From a virus (taxonomy: Duplodnaviria; Caudoviricetes), in IMG/VR virus record IMGVR_UViG_3300016667_000679, positions 1 through 47,511 of that record: a DNA stretch of 47,511 nucleotides; one strand, 5' to 3'. Below are positions 17,115 to 26,814 of this stretch, piece by piece (within the stretch, counting starts at the first letter, position 1; the number at the start of each line of letters is the position of its first letter). The notes beneath the pieces are model-generated. The model made no database searches. It saw nothing but the letters and a program-made list of their open reading frames with translations, and was not told the origin of the DNA. Position numbers and translations under genes: made by a program.

Positions 17115-18125
17115 TTAATCTCCAACAATCGGTATCAAGTTGTCAAGAAAGATATCTTTACATCTTTCCCACGTATACTCTAGACTTGTATTATACACTA
17201 TTTTTCTATCCAAGTCAATACATTTTTTTACAGCTTCAGTCAAGTCTTCATTCATCGAGCCGTTAATACCTTCTTTGACTACAGACTTCGGACCAGTAAC
17301 AGGATAAGTAGCAATGGGAGTGCCAGAAGCGATACTTTCAATAAGGACAACACCAAAAGTATCATTAAGAGAGGGAAAAACAAACACATCAGCGTCACGA
17401 TAAAATTGCCCAAGTTCTTTCCCCGTCTTAGCTCCAACGAATTCTACGTTGGGATACTTTCTTTCTAGTTCTTTTCTAACAGGACCATCTCCAACAACAA
17501 TCAAATGTGTTTCGTTAAATTTAAAATCAAGAGGATTTAATTTACAAAACTCTTCAATGTTTTTTTCATGAGAAACTCTGCCGACATAAAGCAACGTCAG
17601 CCCATCTCTTTTACGATTTGATGGTTTGAAGACAGATCTGTTGACTCCTCTGGTCCAAACAACCATGTTTTTGAAACCACGAGCTTCTAGTTCTTCTTTC
17701 ATACAGTTTGTTGTAACAAGAACACGAGAGGAAGCAGAATGAAACCATTTAAGATATGTATATCCAAAACCAAGAGGAAAGATTGGAACACGAGCCTTGA
17801 TGAACTCTGCAAACTTGGTGTGAAAGGAAGTTGTAAATTTTATCTTATTACGAATGCAATACATTCTTGCAGCTAGACCGAGCGGTCCTTCTGTTGCAAT
17901 ATGAATATGTTGCGGATTATAAAACTTCAACAGCTTTCTTATCTGACGAAACTCATAACATATCTGTATTTCGTTATAACCAGGCAATGAGAAAGATTTG
18001 AACATCGAAGGCTCGATTATGAAGACTTCGTACTCATCTCTCTCAAGCTGTTCTTTGAGGTTTACTAATGTGGTTACCACACCATTTATTTGTGGTAACC
18101 ACGCATCTGTTACAATACAAATCAT
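17115..18125 (-). CDS. GT4 glycosyltransferase, Agt-like diacylglycerol glycosyltransferase
   Basis: IVTDAWLPQINGVVTTL, HIATEGPLG, YVGRVSHEKN, DVFVFPS.DTFGVVLIE; coupled by TAATG to the plcP-like gene. Confidence 0.85.
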   Translation of the reverse strand: MICIVTDAWLPQINGVVTTLVNLKEQLERDEYEVFIIEPSMFKSFSLPGYNEIQICYEFRQIRKLLKFYNPQHIHIATEGPLGLAARMYCIRNKIKFTTSFHTKFAEFIKARVPIFPLGFGYTYLKWFHSASSRVLVTTNCMKEELEARGFKNMVVWTRGVNRSVFKPSNRKRDGLTLLYVGRVSHEKNIEEFCKLNPLDFKFNETHLIVVGDGPVRKELERKYPNVEFVGAKTGKELGQFYRDADVFVFPSLNDTFGVVLIESIASGTPIATYPVTGPKSVVKEGINGSMNEDLTEAVKKCIDLDRKIVYNTSLEYTWERCKDIFLDNLIPIVGD

Positions 18126-18901
18126 TAGTATTCCTTAATCACTTTCATCGAACCGTCTTTTTGATACTCGAGTAGCTGCCAAATACCATCATGGGTTTCA
18201 ACAAGAGCAGTCTTACTTTCTACCCAGTCGCCGTCGTTCATATAAATTGTATTTTCAATCAGTTTAATCTCGGCAGTATGAATGTGTCCACAAATGATAC
18301 CATCATAGTTGTTTTTATTACAATATTCAGAAATCAAATCTTCGAAACGATTGATGTATGCCAGAGCTTGTTTAGTTTTCTTTTTAAGAAATGCAGAGAT
18401 GCTCCAATATTCCATGCCAAGAGCAACTCGAACGATGTTTAGTTTCGTGTTAAGGACAACCAACATATCATAAAGAATATCCCCTATACTCATCCAAAAT
18501 TTATTTTCATGGCGCATCATTGAATCAAACATATCGCCATGAACCACAAGGAACTGTCTACCATGTATATCCCAATATGTGTGGCGGTTCATTATATCAA
18601 TGTTACCAAGAGCAATATCATATCTGAGAAATGGGCGAAGAGCCTCATCATGATTACCCACAACATAATGTACTTTGGTTTCTCTTTTGGCTGCTGTTAA
18701 AATTCTACGAATCACGTTTGAGTGGCTCTGGTTCCAGTAGTACTTACGCTTGAGTCTCCAACCGTCTATGATATCGCCGATCAGATAAAGGTTTTCTGCT
18801 GTGTTGTGTTTTAAAAAGTTACAGAGTTCATCAGCCTTGCATCCTCTTGAACCTAGATGAACGTCGCTGATGAAAATGGATCTGTATTTGGGGGAATCCA
18901 T
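18125..18901 (-). CDS. PlcP/LpxH2-like metallophosphoesterase (phospholipase C)
   Basis: FISDVHLGSRGCKA, LIGDIIDGW, GNHDE, HGDMFD, CGHIH, NDGDWVES. Confidence 0.85.
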   Translation of the reverse strand: MDSPKYRSIFISDVHLGSRGCKADELCNFLKHNTAENLYLIGDIIDGWRLKRKYYWNQSHSNVIRRILTAAKRETKVHYVVGNHDEALRPFLRYDIALGNIDIMNRHTYWDIHGRQFLVVHGDMFDSMMRHENKFWMSIGDILYDMLVVLNTKLNIVRVALGMEYWSISAFLKKKTKQALAYINRFEDLISEYCNKNNYDGIICGHIHTAEIKLIENTIYMNDGDWVESKTALVETHDGIWQLLEYQKDGSMKVIKEY

Positions 18902-18931
18902 ACTTGCTTCTCTCTTTAATTGGAGATGCAA

Positions 18932-19246
18932 TTATTTATCAACAAGTTTCATATAATCTCTCAGTAGAGAATCATATCTGTCTTTTAATTGACGATGTTC
19001 TTCTTTCATGTCTTCATATTCGGTTTCTAGATCGTGATATTCGTCTTCTAGGTCGCTGTATTCATAATCTTTTTGATTACAATCGTCACAGTATCTTTTA
19101 TATTCATCTTCCATTTCATCAATATACATGTCAATCTGGCGTTCTAGTTCCCAGTAAAGAGAATTCACATCAAACTTATCAGCCTTCCTGACACCATCAT
19201 TAATCATCTTAAGATCATTAAGGACATCTTTCCAAGATTCGCTCAT
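18932..19246 (-). CDS. acidic coiled-coil hypothetical protein
   Basis: GGAGG RBS; heptad-rich. Confidence 0.65.
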   Translation of the reverse strand: MSESWKDVLNDLKMINDGVRKADKFDVNSLYWELERQIDMYIDEMEDEYKRYCDDCNQKDYEYSDLEDEYHDLETEYEDMKEEHRQLKDRYDSLLRDYMKLVDK

Positions 19247-19476
19247 TCTATTACCTCCCAAGCCCAATGAATAACACACCAATCTTCAATACATTCATTG
19301 AAAGAATATACGGTATCAACCGTTTCTTTACCAAACTTTCGGCACATTTGTTCGTACCACCAAGGATAATAGTTTTCGCGAATCCAGTCTTCGCTGACGG
19401 TCATAACGACTCCAGCCGTGCTACCGTCGAAAATCTCATCAGACTCGACTGGTTCATGATAAGAAAAATATCGCAT
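19243..19476 (-). CDS. hypothetical phage protein
   Basis: coupled ORF; CIEDWCVIHWAWE. Confidence 0.7.
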   Translation of the reverse strand: MRYFSYHEPVESDEIFDGSTAGVVMTVSEDWIRENYYPWWYEQMCRKFGKETVDTVYSFNECIEDWCVIHWAWEVIE

Positions 19477-19694
19477 TATTTCAAGTCTTTTGTTTGTACA
19501 TGATCTTGTATGAGAATTATTGAAGCTCTAATTGGATCTCTAAATCCATTAACACAAGGGGGAACTTTGCCCCCTGCTGCTTCAAATCCCATAAACCAAT
19601 ATTGCAGTCTTCTTAAATCTTGTCTAACTGCTTCAACATAAATTTTTGTAGGAAGAGACTCTTCTTGATCCTCATCATCAGTAATATCTTCCAT
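19476..19694 (-). CDS. hypothetical protein
   Basis: start moved to MEDITDD; coupled stop/start at 19476. Confidence 0.55.
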   Translation of the reverse strand: MEDITDDEDQEESLPTKIYVEAVRQDLRRLQYWFMGFEAAGGKVPPCVNGFRDPIRASIILIQDHVQTKDLK

Positions 19695-19698
19695 TGTA

Positions 19699-20280
19699 TT
19701 AATCCCAAAGAGCATTGAAATATTTTGCAAAAAGTCGCCGACCATTTTCTGCACGAGCATCGATGGCTTTCTTCTTTTCCATATCATAATCGTAGAAGCC
19801 ATCATCGCCTTTCTTAATTTTGTAATCGTATTCGTTATCATCCTCACAAATGTAAGAAGAGAACGCCCAGATCATTTCATCAAGAACCCAATCCCAACGC
19901 TTGTGGAAATTTTCGTCGGTATCATAGTCATCTACAGGAGGAGCAGCAGTAGAACGAAGATGCTCTGGGACATCCTCGTTGTCGATTGAAGGCCAACCGT
20001 GCTTTTGTTCCTTGAGCTTCTTAAGAACTGGAACAATGATTTCAGCCAGAGTGTGATCAGCACTCCAAACGTCATAATTATCTACACGAACGTAGATACG
20101 ATTCTTGCTCGCGCGATTATAGAAATAATCGTTGATCTTATTGATTTTAAGTTTCTTAAAAAGAGAATCTAGATAATCGCCAGCGATATCTCGGTTATCT
20201 TCGCTTAGGAAAGGTAGAAACTTTTCCACAACCTGATGAGGTCCCCACCAAGTAGGGTAAGGCTTCATGATTACTTTCAT
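19699..20280 (-). CDS. hypothetical phage protein
   Basis: YDVWSADHTLA, WDWVLDEMIWAF, FAKYFNALWD. Confidence 0.75.
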   Translation of the reverse strand: MKVIMKPYPTWWGPHQVVEKFLPFLSEDNRDIAGDYLDSLFKKLKINKINDYFYNRASKNRIYVRVDNYDVWSADHTLAEIIVPVLKKLKEQKHGWPSIDNEDVPEHLRSTAAPPVDDYDTDENFHKRWDWVLDEMIWAFSSYICEDDNEYDYKIKKGDDGFYDYDMEKKKAIDARAENGRRLFAKYFNALWD

Positions 20281-20285
20281 TTTAA

Positions 20286-20531
20286 TTATTTCCTTCCAAG
20301 AACCGATTTGTATTCTTCGATTTCATCTTCAAGCTTTTCATTTTCTTTTTCAAGCTCATAAATTTCATCTTTAAGACCTTCAATTTCCCACTTCATATCA
20401 GAAACATCGCTTGCATCGTCAATCGCCTGATTAACTTCAGATTCTATATCATCAATATACCTCAAAAGTTCATATTTGTCAAGAACTTTTTCATATTTGA
20501 TGTATTCTTTTAGACGTTTGATGTTGTCCAT
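20286..20531 (-). CDS. coiled-coil hypothetical protein
   Basis: tightly packed ORF, heptad repeats. Confidence 0.65.
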   Translation of the reverse strand: MDNIKRLKEYIKYEKVLDKYELLRYIDDIESEVNQAIDDASDVSDMKWEIEGLKDEIYELEKENEKLEDEIEEYKSVLGRK

Positions 20532-20532
20532 T

Positions 20533-20790
20533 TTATTCTGCTCTTGTTATGCTGATATTCGAAAAAGTAGAAGTTACCCTTGTCGGGCATTTTGGATTGT
20601 TACACACAAGAGCCATTGTTCCAGCGATTTTGCAAGTAGGGCACTGGTAAAAAGTTCCAGTAATCTGACCAACCTGAGGTGTATTCGGATTAGGAGCAGT
20701 CATGTATACATGTTCAGGACGAAAACTCTTAAACGCTTCCATAGCGTCTCGGTAGCCATCACGATATCCTTGCTTATATTCTTCACTCAT
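20533..20790 (-). CDS. hypothetical protein with Cys cluster
   Basis: MSEEYKQGYRDGY; CPTC...CNNPKC. Confidence 0.65.
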   Translation of the reverse strand: MSEEYKQGYRDGYRDAMEAFKSFRPEHVYMTAPNPNTPQVGQITGTFYQCPTCKIAGTMALVCNNPKCPTRVTSTFSNISITRAE

Positions 20791-20791
20791 C

Positions 20792-21094
20792 TCACCACTC
20801 CGGACCTGTAACCTTATCGGTTCGCTGATAGATCTGCATCCAGTCGACACCATAGGCAGGGACGATCATGATTTTCTCGGGTAGACCGTTCTGATCTTTC
20901 TCGCCCAACTCACCACAGATAAAGTATGTATCTGGAAAGTTTTCAGGGTTGAGGCGGCGAAGGATCGTAGCTTGCTTGTCGCACTTCTCTTTTAGACGCT
21001 CGACTTCACTACGAAGAGCTACGATCTCTTCAGCAGCATCGCTGGCGGCATCTCTGTCTGTGGCGTCGTATAGACGATCTACGATATCAGTCAT
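20792..21094 (-). CDS. hypothetical protein (MTDIV family)
   Basis: packed ORF. Confidence 0.65.
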   Translation of the reverse strand: MTDIVDRLYDATDRDAASDAAEEIVALRSEVERLKEKCDKQATILRRLNPENFPDTYFICGELGEKDQNGLPEKIMIVPAYGVDWMQIYQRTDKVTGPEW

Positions 21095-21266
21095 TAGATA
21101 TAGCCTTTATAATATCTGAGCGAAGAGTCCATCTACCGTTTTCCCAATTATCAACGATCTGCTTCATGATCTTAACGATAGTCTCAGGCTTCATTCCTTT
21201 ATTAATATACTTATCTCCGACTGTCATAAAATCAATGGCTGCTCTGACGGCATCTTTGTCAGTCAT
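21087..21266 (-). CDS. small hypothetical protein (59 aa)
   Basis: MTDKDAVRAA...; overlaps neighbours by 8 nt at each end. Confidence 0.5.
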   Translation of the reverse strand: MTDKDAVRAAIDFMTVGDKYINKGMKPETIVKIMKQIVDNWENGRWTLRSDIIKAISND

Positions 21267-21486
21267 TTAGTAATCCAATCAATTTGTGACAACGCTTTTT
21301 CCAATCATTACGCTGCCAAGCAATCTTATCGTGTGACAGTTCGTGATAATCATTAGCGATAAAACCAACCAATTCTTCATACTTTCGAAGACGCTCGATC
21401 TCAGAAGCGGCGTCTAAGCACATACGGCGGACCGTGCCTTCGTTTTGACAGTGCTGGTCACGTAGCATCATTACAATATCAGTCAT
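21259..21486 (-). CDS. hypothetical protein (MTDIV family)
   Basis: GGAGG RBS; DAASEIERLR. Confidence 0.65.
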   Translation of the reverse strand: MTDIVMMLRDQHCQNEGTVRRMCLDAASEIERLRKYEELVGFIANDYHELSHDKIAWQRNDWKKRCHKLIGLLND

Positions 21487-21967
21487 CACTTACCTCCAAC
21501 CTTTGGATAATCTTATACGGCTTGTTAGAAATCATCTTAGTAGAATGTTCTGAATAAAAGTATTCCCAGCCTGAAGACTTGGTAAGTCGAGCAATGGTTG
21601 GCTTGTCAGACTTTTCATGTTTAAACACCCAATAGTATCCTGGTTTATTTTCCATCACTTCATTCCTTCACGAATCCACTTCTTTGTGAAATAAGAAGCA
21701 AGAGAGAATGCAAATACTGAATGGCAATATCCAAGTGTTAGAATTGTAATCACGCTGTCAAGAATGCCAGCAAACGCTACCGCAATTGCTTCAAGTCGTT
21801 TACGCATCTTTAATTTCCACACCCATAAGAACCGCAGTTCTGTTTACAATCAGGATCATTGATAGGACACTTGAAGTATCGCTTCTCAGCAATCAGCCTT
21901 GCTCTTTCGTTGTTTTCTTTTAGAAGTTGGCGAAATAAAGCAAGTTCTGACTCGCTGTATCGTCCGC

Positions 21968-22234
21968 TCATATGATCTTCCAAACGTAGATCGAGTTACG
22001 AGTCTTGAAACGGATATAATCTTCGCGCTCTTCTAGAATCTCAGTAACAGGAGTCGTCTGCCACCAATCCTGGCTAACAAAGGTTCGACCAGCATATGAC
22101 CCAACCCGAACACCACAACCAACCCTAGGACGATACTCGCCTTTAATAGCAGTGTAGCTTTCACGGTCTAGGATCTGACACATAGGACCAGAATCACCAG
22201 CACCATCCCGCTCACGAACTAGACTGAACCGCAT
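21968..22234 (-). CDS. hypothetical phage protein
   Basis: AGGAG RBS; QDWWQTTPVTEI. Confidence 0.7.
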   Translation of the reverse strand: MRFSLVRERDGAGDSGPMCQILDRESYTAIKGEYRPRVGCGVRVGSYAGRTFVSQDWWQTTPVTEILEEREDYIRFKTRNSIYVWKII

Positions 22235-22243
22235 AACAATCTC

Positions 22244-22429
22244 CTATTGATCAAAAAATTGATAGTTCTCTTTGATGTATTCCCAACCTTGGTTGAGGTT
22301 ATCACACATAATTATGATACCATTATATTCCTTATCTGAATACATGTCAATGATTGTTTTATCTTCAGTATCAAAAACAAACCAACGCTGTAACTCAGAA
22401 TTGTATAAAGGAATATAACGTTTCATCAA
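22244..22429 (-). CDS. hypothetical protein
   Basis: packed ORF. Confidence 0.55.
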   Translation of the reverse strand: MMKRYIPLYNSELQRWFVFDTEDKTIIDMYSDKEYNGIIIMCDNLNQGWEYIKENYQFFDQ

Positions 22430-22758
22430 TCTTCTTTCAGCAGACCATGTTCGCGAAGAGCACGAACAACAGCAAGAGCGATACCGAAATCGTTACGATT
22501 AGTATCGACAGCCCATTTAACGGCAGTAGTGATGTCGTCAACAACTTTGCTATCTAGACAAATAGAACGTTCGACGATATTAGTGAAATCGCCAGTTCGA
22601 CGAAGATAATCCAAACCACCATCTACAGCGACAGCACCACAGCTACACTCTTTATAGTCGTGTCGGTGAGCAGAGTAGATAATATCGTTGCAGTTCTTAC
22701 ACTGGATCTCGTTCTGTACGATTCGTTCGGGCATTCTCTTATCCTTTTCAATCATCAC
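22426..22758 (-). CDS. Zn-binding hypothetical protein
   Basis: CKNC..HRHD..CSCGAVAVDGG. Confidence 0.75.
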   Translation of the reverse strand: MMIEKDKRMPERIVQNEIQCKNCNDIIYSAHRHDYKECSCGAVAVDGGLDYLRRTGDFTNIVERSICLDSKVVDDITTAVKWAVDTNRNDFGIALAVVRALREHGLLKED

Positions 22759-22764
22759 ATAATG

Positions 22765-22793
22765 ATTATACTACAGTTGAGTGCAAATGTCAA
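22765..22793 (-). promoter_or_regulatory. sigma70-type promoter
   Basis: perfect TTGACA-17-TATAAT. Confidence 0.85.
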
Positions 22794-22796
22794 GCA

Positions 22797-22985
22797 CTAA
22801 TAGTCGCCCTCGATATGAAATTTAACAGGTTGCAGTTGGACCTCGACGATACCACATTCTTCCCAGCAGCCGTGATCTTCTTTGAGTTGTTCGATAGAGG
22901 CATAGATCTTCACGTCTGTGCTTTCTACCTCACAATCCCATGAGATTCCGCACATATAGGCAGTCTTGACGGCGTTTCTATTCAT
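22797..22985 (-). CDS. hypothetical protein
   Basis: packed ORF; CWEECGIVEV. Confidence 0.6.
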   Translation of the reverse strand: MNRNAVKTAYMCGISWDCEVESTDVKIYASIEQLKEDHGCWEECGIVEVQLQPVKFHIEGDY

Positions 22986-23229
22986 CGTTCATGCTTTCTT
23001 CGAAACTCTTTTCTTTCAGAGTCTTGTCTTTCCAAACCTTACGAGGGTTGGCGCACATATGACAATCAGGAATACCACAGTTGAATGGACTGTGTTTATG
23101 AAACTTATGCGGAGAATCTTTGTAATCTCGCCCAACGTCTTTTAGCTGACGTTCTCTCTTTTTAATAATGTTTTCTGTTAGACGAAGTCGTTTGGATCGC
23201 TTAGGTTCTTTGAAGTCATCTGAATCCAT
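22978..23229 (-). CDS. basic Cys-cluster hypothetical protein
   Basis: CGIPDCHMCANPRK. Confidence 0.65.
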   Translation of the reverse strand: MDSDDFKEPKRSKRLRLTENIIKKRERQLKDVGRDYKDSPHKFHKHSPFNCGIPDCHMCANPRKVWKDKTLKEKSFEESMNDE

Positions 23230-23764
23230 GTTCCTCTCCATAGTTCTTTAACCATTCATATGCTCGGTCTGCTTGTTTTTTCCAAGACTCAGCTAGTGCT
23301 GCAAATTGTTCCTCTGTATATTTGTGCTGTGTAATAAACGTTTCTCTTGTTTCTGCACCAACTTCATAGTTTTCAAGATAGTCGAGGGCTTTTTCGATGG
23401 TTCTGCCACCAATAAAAGAACGACTGATGTAACCAGCTTCGTGTTTACCGAGTCCTTCTATCGTATCAATCCCAAGATATCCTTCAGCCCTACACTTACC
23501 ACATGATGCTGGAACACAGGTACAGTCTCCGCAGTGTTGTTCATCGCTTCTAAGGCACTTCTCGGCGTATGACAGCATTCTATCTACGTGCGCTTCCATA
23601 TCTGTCTCTAAAGTTTCGATTGAATATCGACCGACATTTGTGTAAGCATCATATAGACGACCAAAAAGAAAATTGTTCTCTATCTTAAGACGCATCATCT
23701 GTCGATCACGGTCGTCAATTTCAACCCTTGTCTTAAGAGGGTTGGGATTCCAGATTATATCCAT
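23216..23764 (-). CDS. hypothetical protein with Cys cluster
   Basis: HCGDCTCVPASCGKC. Confidence 0.7.
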   Translation of the reverse strand: MDIIWNPNPLKTRVEIDDRDRQMMRLKIENNFLFGRLYDAYTNVGRYSIETLETDMEAHVDRMLSYAEKCLRSDEQHCGDCTCVPASCGKCRAEGYLGIDTIEGLGKHEAGYISRSFIGGRTIEKALDYLENYEVGAETRETFITQHKYTEEQFAALAESWKKQADRAYEWLKNYGEEHGFR

Positions 23765-24302
23765 AGGTGTTTCCGTTTGTCATATAGTTTGACTTCTTCT
23801 CAGCGATCTTCTGTAGAAGCTCGGTCATTTCAATTGGTCGGTAGTCGATCTGCTCCACACATACACAGAAATAGCCAGGATGATCGATGTAATTAGCATG
23901 TGTATGCCCGTGGACGTTAGTATTAAATCTACTAGTGATGCTGTCCACATGAAGAGGAATATGTGAAAGAATAAACTTTTCGAGAACACGTACGCCATAG
24001 ATTTCACCAAAATATTTCATGTAAGTTTTTGTCTTGGCTGTATCATGGTTACCACGAATCAACCGCTTATTACCATTTAGGCGGTCTAGAATAGGAAGGT
24101 TTTTATGGTTAATGGTCACATCACCAAGATGATACACCTTGTCGTCAGGACGAACGACTTCGTTCCAACGACGAACCATCTCCTCGTTCATTTCCTCAGC
24201 AGAAGAAAAGGGGCGCAGCAGTGTGCCGTCGCCCCTCTTAAACACAGTGCAAGTTTTCTCATGTCCGAAGTGTGTATCGGAAATGAAGAATACGTTAGGC
24301 AT
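23733..24302 (-). CDS. calcineurin-like metallophosphoesterase
   Basis: SDTHFGH, YHLGD, GNHD, SHIP, HGHTH. Confidence 0.9.
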   Translation of the reverse strand: MPNVFFISDTHFGHEKTCTVFKRGDGTLLRPFSSAEEMNEEMVRRWNEVVRPDDKVYHLGDVTINHKNLPILDRLNGNKRLIRGNHDTAKTKTYMKYFGEIYGVRVLEKFILSHIPLHVDSITSRFNTNVHGHTHANYIDHPGYFCVCVEQIDYRPIEMTELLQKIAEKKSNYMTNGNTYGYNLESQPS

Positions 24303-24303
24303 A

Positions 24304-25158
24304 CTACTTTCCCACATTAATAAAGGGAATTGAACCATTACCAGCCATCGTGGTAGGTAGAGAGCCATTCCATTTCTGAAGAGCGGTGTACTGAACTAGT
24401 TCGCTGGTTAGTGATTGGGCAAGGATTCGATTTGCCTCAGCCTGAGCCTGTGCTTCCAGACGAATAGACTCAGCATTACCACGAGCCTCTTCGATCTTCT
24501 TCTGTGCTTCTGCTCGGGCGGTAGCTACCTCGTTTTCACGCTGCTGCGAGATCTGAGTAGCTGCTTGCTTGGCATTTAGAGCAGCGACGACTGTCTCGGG
24601 TAGACGAAGTGAACCGATCCAGTAGATCTTCTCGATAACGATACCGATAGAAGCTACCTGTTCTGAAACGTCCTTCTGAACCGCATCAATGATGTCAGCC
24701 TTACCAGCGCCATATACGCTATCAATTGGCTTGGTGCTTGCGACTCGAACTAGACTATCGCGAACCATGTTTCGCAGATAGATGTTTGTGATCTCATCAA
24801 TACCCTTGCGATACTTCTGAAACACCAGAGGAACCTTGTCTGGGTCAATATGATACGAGATACCAACATCGGCGTTGACATTCATACCCTCGACGGTACC
24901 AAAACTAATTGATTCATCATTAGGTGATGAACGAGAAGCTTCTGCATCCCAAGTGTAGTTCTGAGTGAAGGTAGGAAACACGTAAAGCTCTTCGTTCATA
25001 CCAATCCAGTAACGACCTGGACCTAGAACCTCCTGAGATACACCCTTGGTATCACCGAGTAGGTTAACTTTCACACCCACATTACCCGCTTCAACTCGCG
25101 AACATGCAGCGAGAGAGAAAGCGAGAAGCGAAATCATACCGATATTCTTAACGTTCAT
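24304..25158 (-). CDS. SPFH/band-7 domain lipoprotein
   Basis: lipobox LAAC, VEAGNVGVKV, AEA-rich coiled coil, KWNGSLP. Confidence 0.9.
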   Translation of the reverse strand: MNVKNIGMISLLAFSLAACSRVEAGNVGVKVNLLGDTKGVSQEVLGPGRYWIGMNEELYVFPTFTQNYTWDAEASRSSPNDESISFGTVEGMNVNADVGISYHIDPDKVPLVFQKYRKGIDEITNIYLRNMVRDSLVRVASTKPIDSVYGAGKADIIDAVQKDVSEQVASIGIVIEKIYWIGSLRLPETVVAALNAKQAATQISQQRENEVATARAEAQKKIEEARGNAESIRLEAQAQAEANRILAQSLTSELVQYTALQKWNGSLPTTMAGNGSIPFINVGK

Positions 25159-25351
25159 TGATCTTGTCCTTCACAATCTTGTATAGACTCTTGCCGATAA
25201 AGGCAATAAAAAAGATGTAGGCTGTGATAAATCCAAACCCTAGCATCACCATGATAGTATCTTGAGCACTAATAAGCCATGGCAGTGCCCAACCAAAGGT
25301 AAGAATGCTGAACCAGAAAAAAGCTGCAGCATAGATCCCATACTTAAACAT
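25148..25351 (-). CDS. small two-helix membrane protein
   Basis: two hydrophobic segments; directly upstream of SPFH gene. Confidence 0.7.
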   Translation of the reverse strand: MFKYGIYAAAFFWFSILTFGWALPWLISAQDTIMVMLGFGFITAYIFFIAFIGKSLYKIVKDKINER

Positions 25352-25698
25352 TAGTCATAGTTCCTTTCATAGTATGGCTTGTCCATAAACACCCATGCAC
25401 CTTCATAAAACTTCTCGATATCTTCGATAGTAGTATCTAGTGCACAGAGATATGTCATATTCACTGTCGGGACTCGTTCGTCCTCACGAAACTGTACTTC
25501 TGGTTCAAATCCATAACGAGGAAGTTCCTTTGGAAACGAAATCCAGTTGATACGATCATACACATGAACATTGATATAATACTTAATACCATGTTCGTCG
25601 TCAACCCTTTTCTGTAGTAGGATGTCATAATTGTCAAAACTAGTAGGTTTGTGCTGTGTATACCCAAGAGAAAGGAATTTTTCAATCGTTAGTGTCAT
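25351..25698 (-). CDS. hypothetical protein
   Basis: packed ORF. Confidence 0.65.
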   Translation of the reverse strand: MTLTIEKFLSLGYTQHKPTSFDNYDILLQKRVDDEHGIKYYINVHVYDRINWISFPKELPRYGFEPEVQFREDERVPTVNMTYLCALDTTIEDIEKFYEGAWVFMDKPYYERNYD

Positions 25699-25812
25699 CT
25701 TCGAGTTCCTCTAGAAGTAGTTGGCGAAGCCTCTGTGCTGCCAGACCACATATTGGATTACCATAGCTAAGACCAGAGAAATGTTCTAGTCGTTCGATTA
25801 GTTCATCATCAG

Positions 25813-26313
25813 TCATGTGCGAACAACATCACCATTAGGATAAACATCATACATCAGATCAAACCCTTCTTTGAGCTCAGCCTTCTCGTGCGACTTCTTC
25901 ATAGCAGCCATAACCTCATCAGGAATATACTTACCATGTCGCTTTGCAAGCCGATTCATATGTTCCATATCATCAGGAGTAACAAAGGTATATGAAACGA
26001 AACTATACTGCTCCTTAGCATTCTTCTTGATAGCATTCATAACCTTGGCTCGCGAATTACGAGTAAGATTGGTGCGATCAACAACAATATCCATAGAGTT
26101 AAAAGCATACGTGGCAAGACTATTATAGAATGCCCTATCAGCAAACTTAATGACTCCATCGAAAACTTCCGAGTATGTAGCACCCAGAATCTCTGCAACC
26201 TTCTCGATATGCCAATCAGAAGAAGCAAGAGAAACATTAGTGTCAATATTCTTATCGATCCATGTAGACTTACCAACACCAGGAAGTCCAACCAGCATAA
26301 TACACTTGGGCAT
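25813..26313 (-). CDS. P-loop kinase (polynucleotide kinase-like)
   Basis: VGLPGVGKST, VVDRTNL..R. Confidence 0.85.
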   Translation of the reverse strand: MPKCIMLVGLPGVGKSTWIDKNIDTNVSLASSDWHIEKVAEILGATYSEVFDGVIKFADRAFYNSLATYAFNSMDIVVDRTNLTRNSRAKVMNAIKKNAKEQYSFVSYTFVTPDDMEHMNRLAKRHGKYIPDEVMAAMKKSHEKAELKEGFDLMYDVYPNGDVVRT

Positions 26314-26327
26314 AATATATCCTTTAA

Positions 26328-26807
26328 TTAACAGCCAGCGTCGTAGTCGTACCACTCTTGGGCTTCGTCTACGCCATCATCCCACTCGTCATCCTTATCA
26401 TCAACATCACGAGCAGTGTAGATTTCAACATGTCCGAACTTAATGGTGCCATCTTCCAGATACTCAACAGCGAAGTCTTCCTTAAACTCAGCACCACCGT
26501 GACCATATGGGCTGTATGGAGTATCAAGCATGCCGAAAGGAATGATGGCAATACAACCAGCATCAACAGGATAGGTGTCGCCGTCATTTGAACTAAACAG
26601 CCCATCACCGTAAGCAGTACCAACGACGGCAAACTTCAGACCAGTAACCTTGTCAACGAAGATCCCACCACCACGTGCAAACTGCGGATCGACGGAACTC
26701 AACCCGAAATAATTCGTCTCTTCGAGCAGAGCATCATACCGCTCGCGATCGAACACATAACAAGGATCAGAGATCAGATACTGACCAGCAGGGAGAACGT
26801 TCATCAT
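26328..26807 (-). CDS. hypothetical phage protein
   Basis: ISDPCY, TAYGDG, VDAGCI. Confidence 0.7.
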   Translation of the reverse strand: MMNVLPAGQYLISDPCYVFDRERYDALLEETNYFGLSSVDPQFARGGGIFVDKVTGLKFAVVGTAYGDGLFSSNDGDTYPVDAGCIAIIPFGMLDTPYSPYGHGGAEFKEDFAVEYLEDGTIKFGHVEIYTARDVDDKDDEWDDGVDEAQEWYDYDAGC

Positions 26808-26814
26808 ATTATCC

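Noticed and set aside
18902-19000. Pho box upstream of the plcP-like gene (also checked upstream of pstS)
   Set aside because: No convincing 11-bp-spaced CTGTCAT repeats seen by eye
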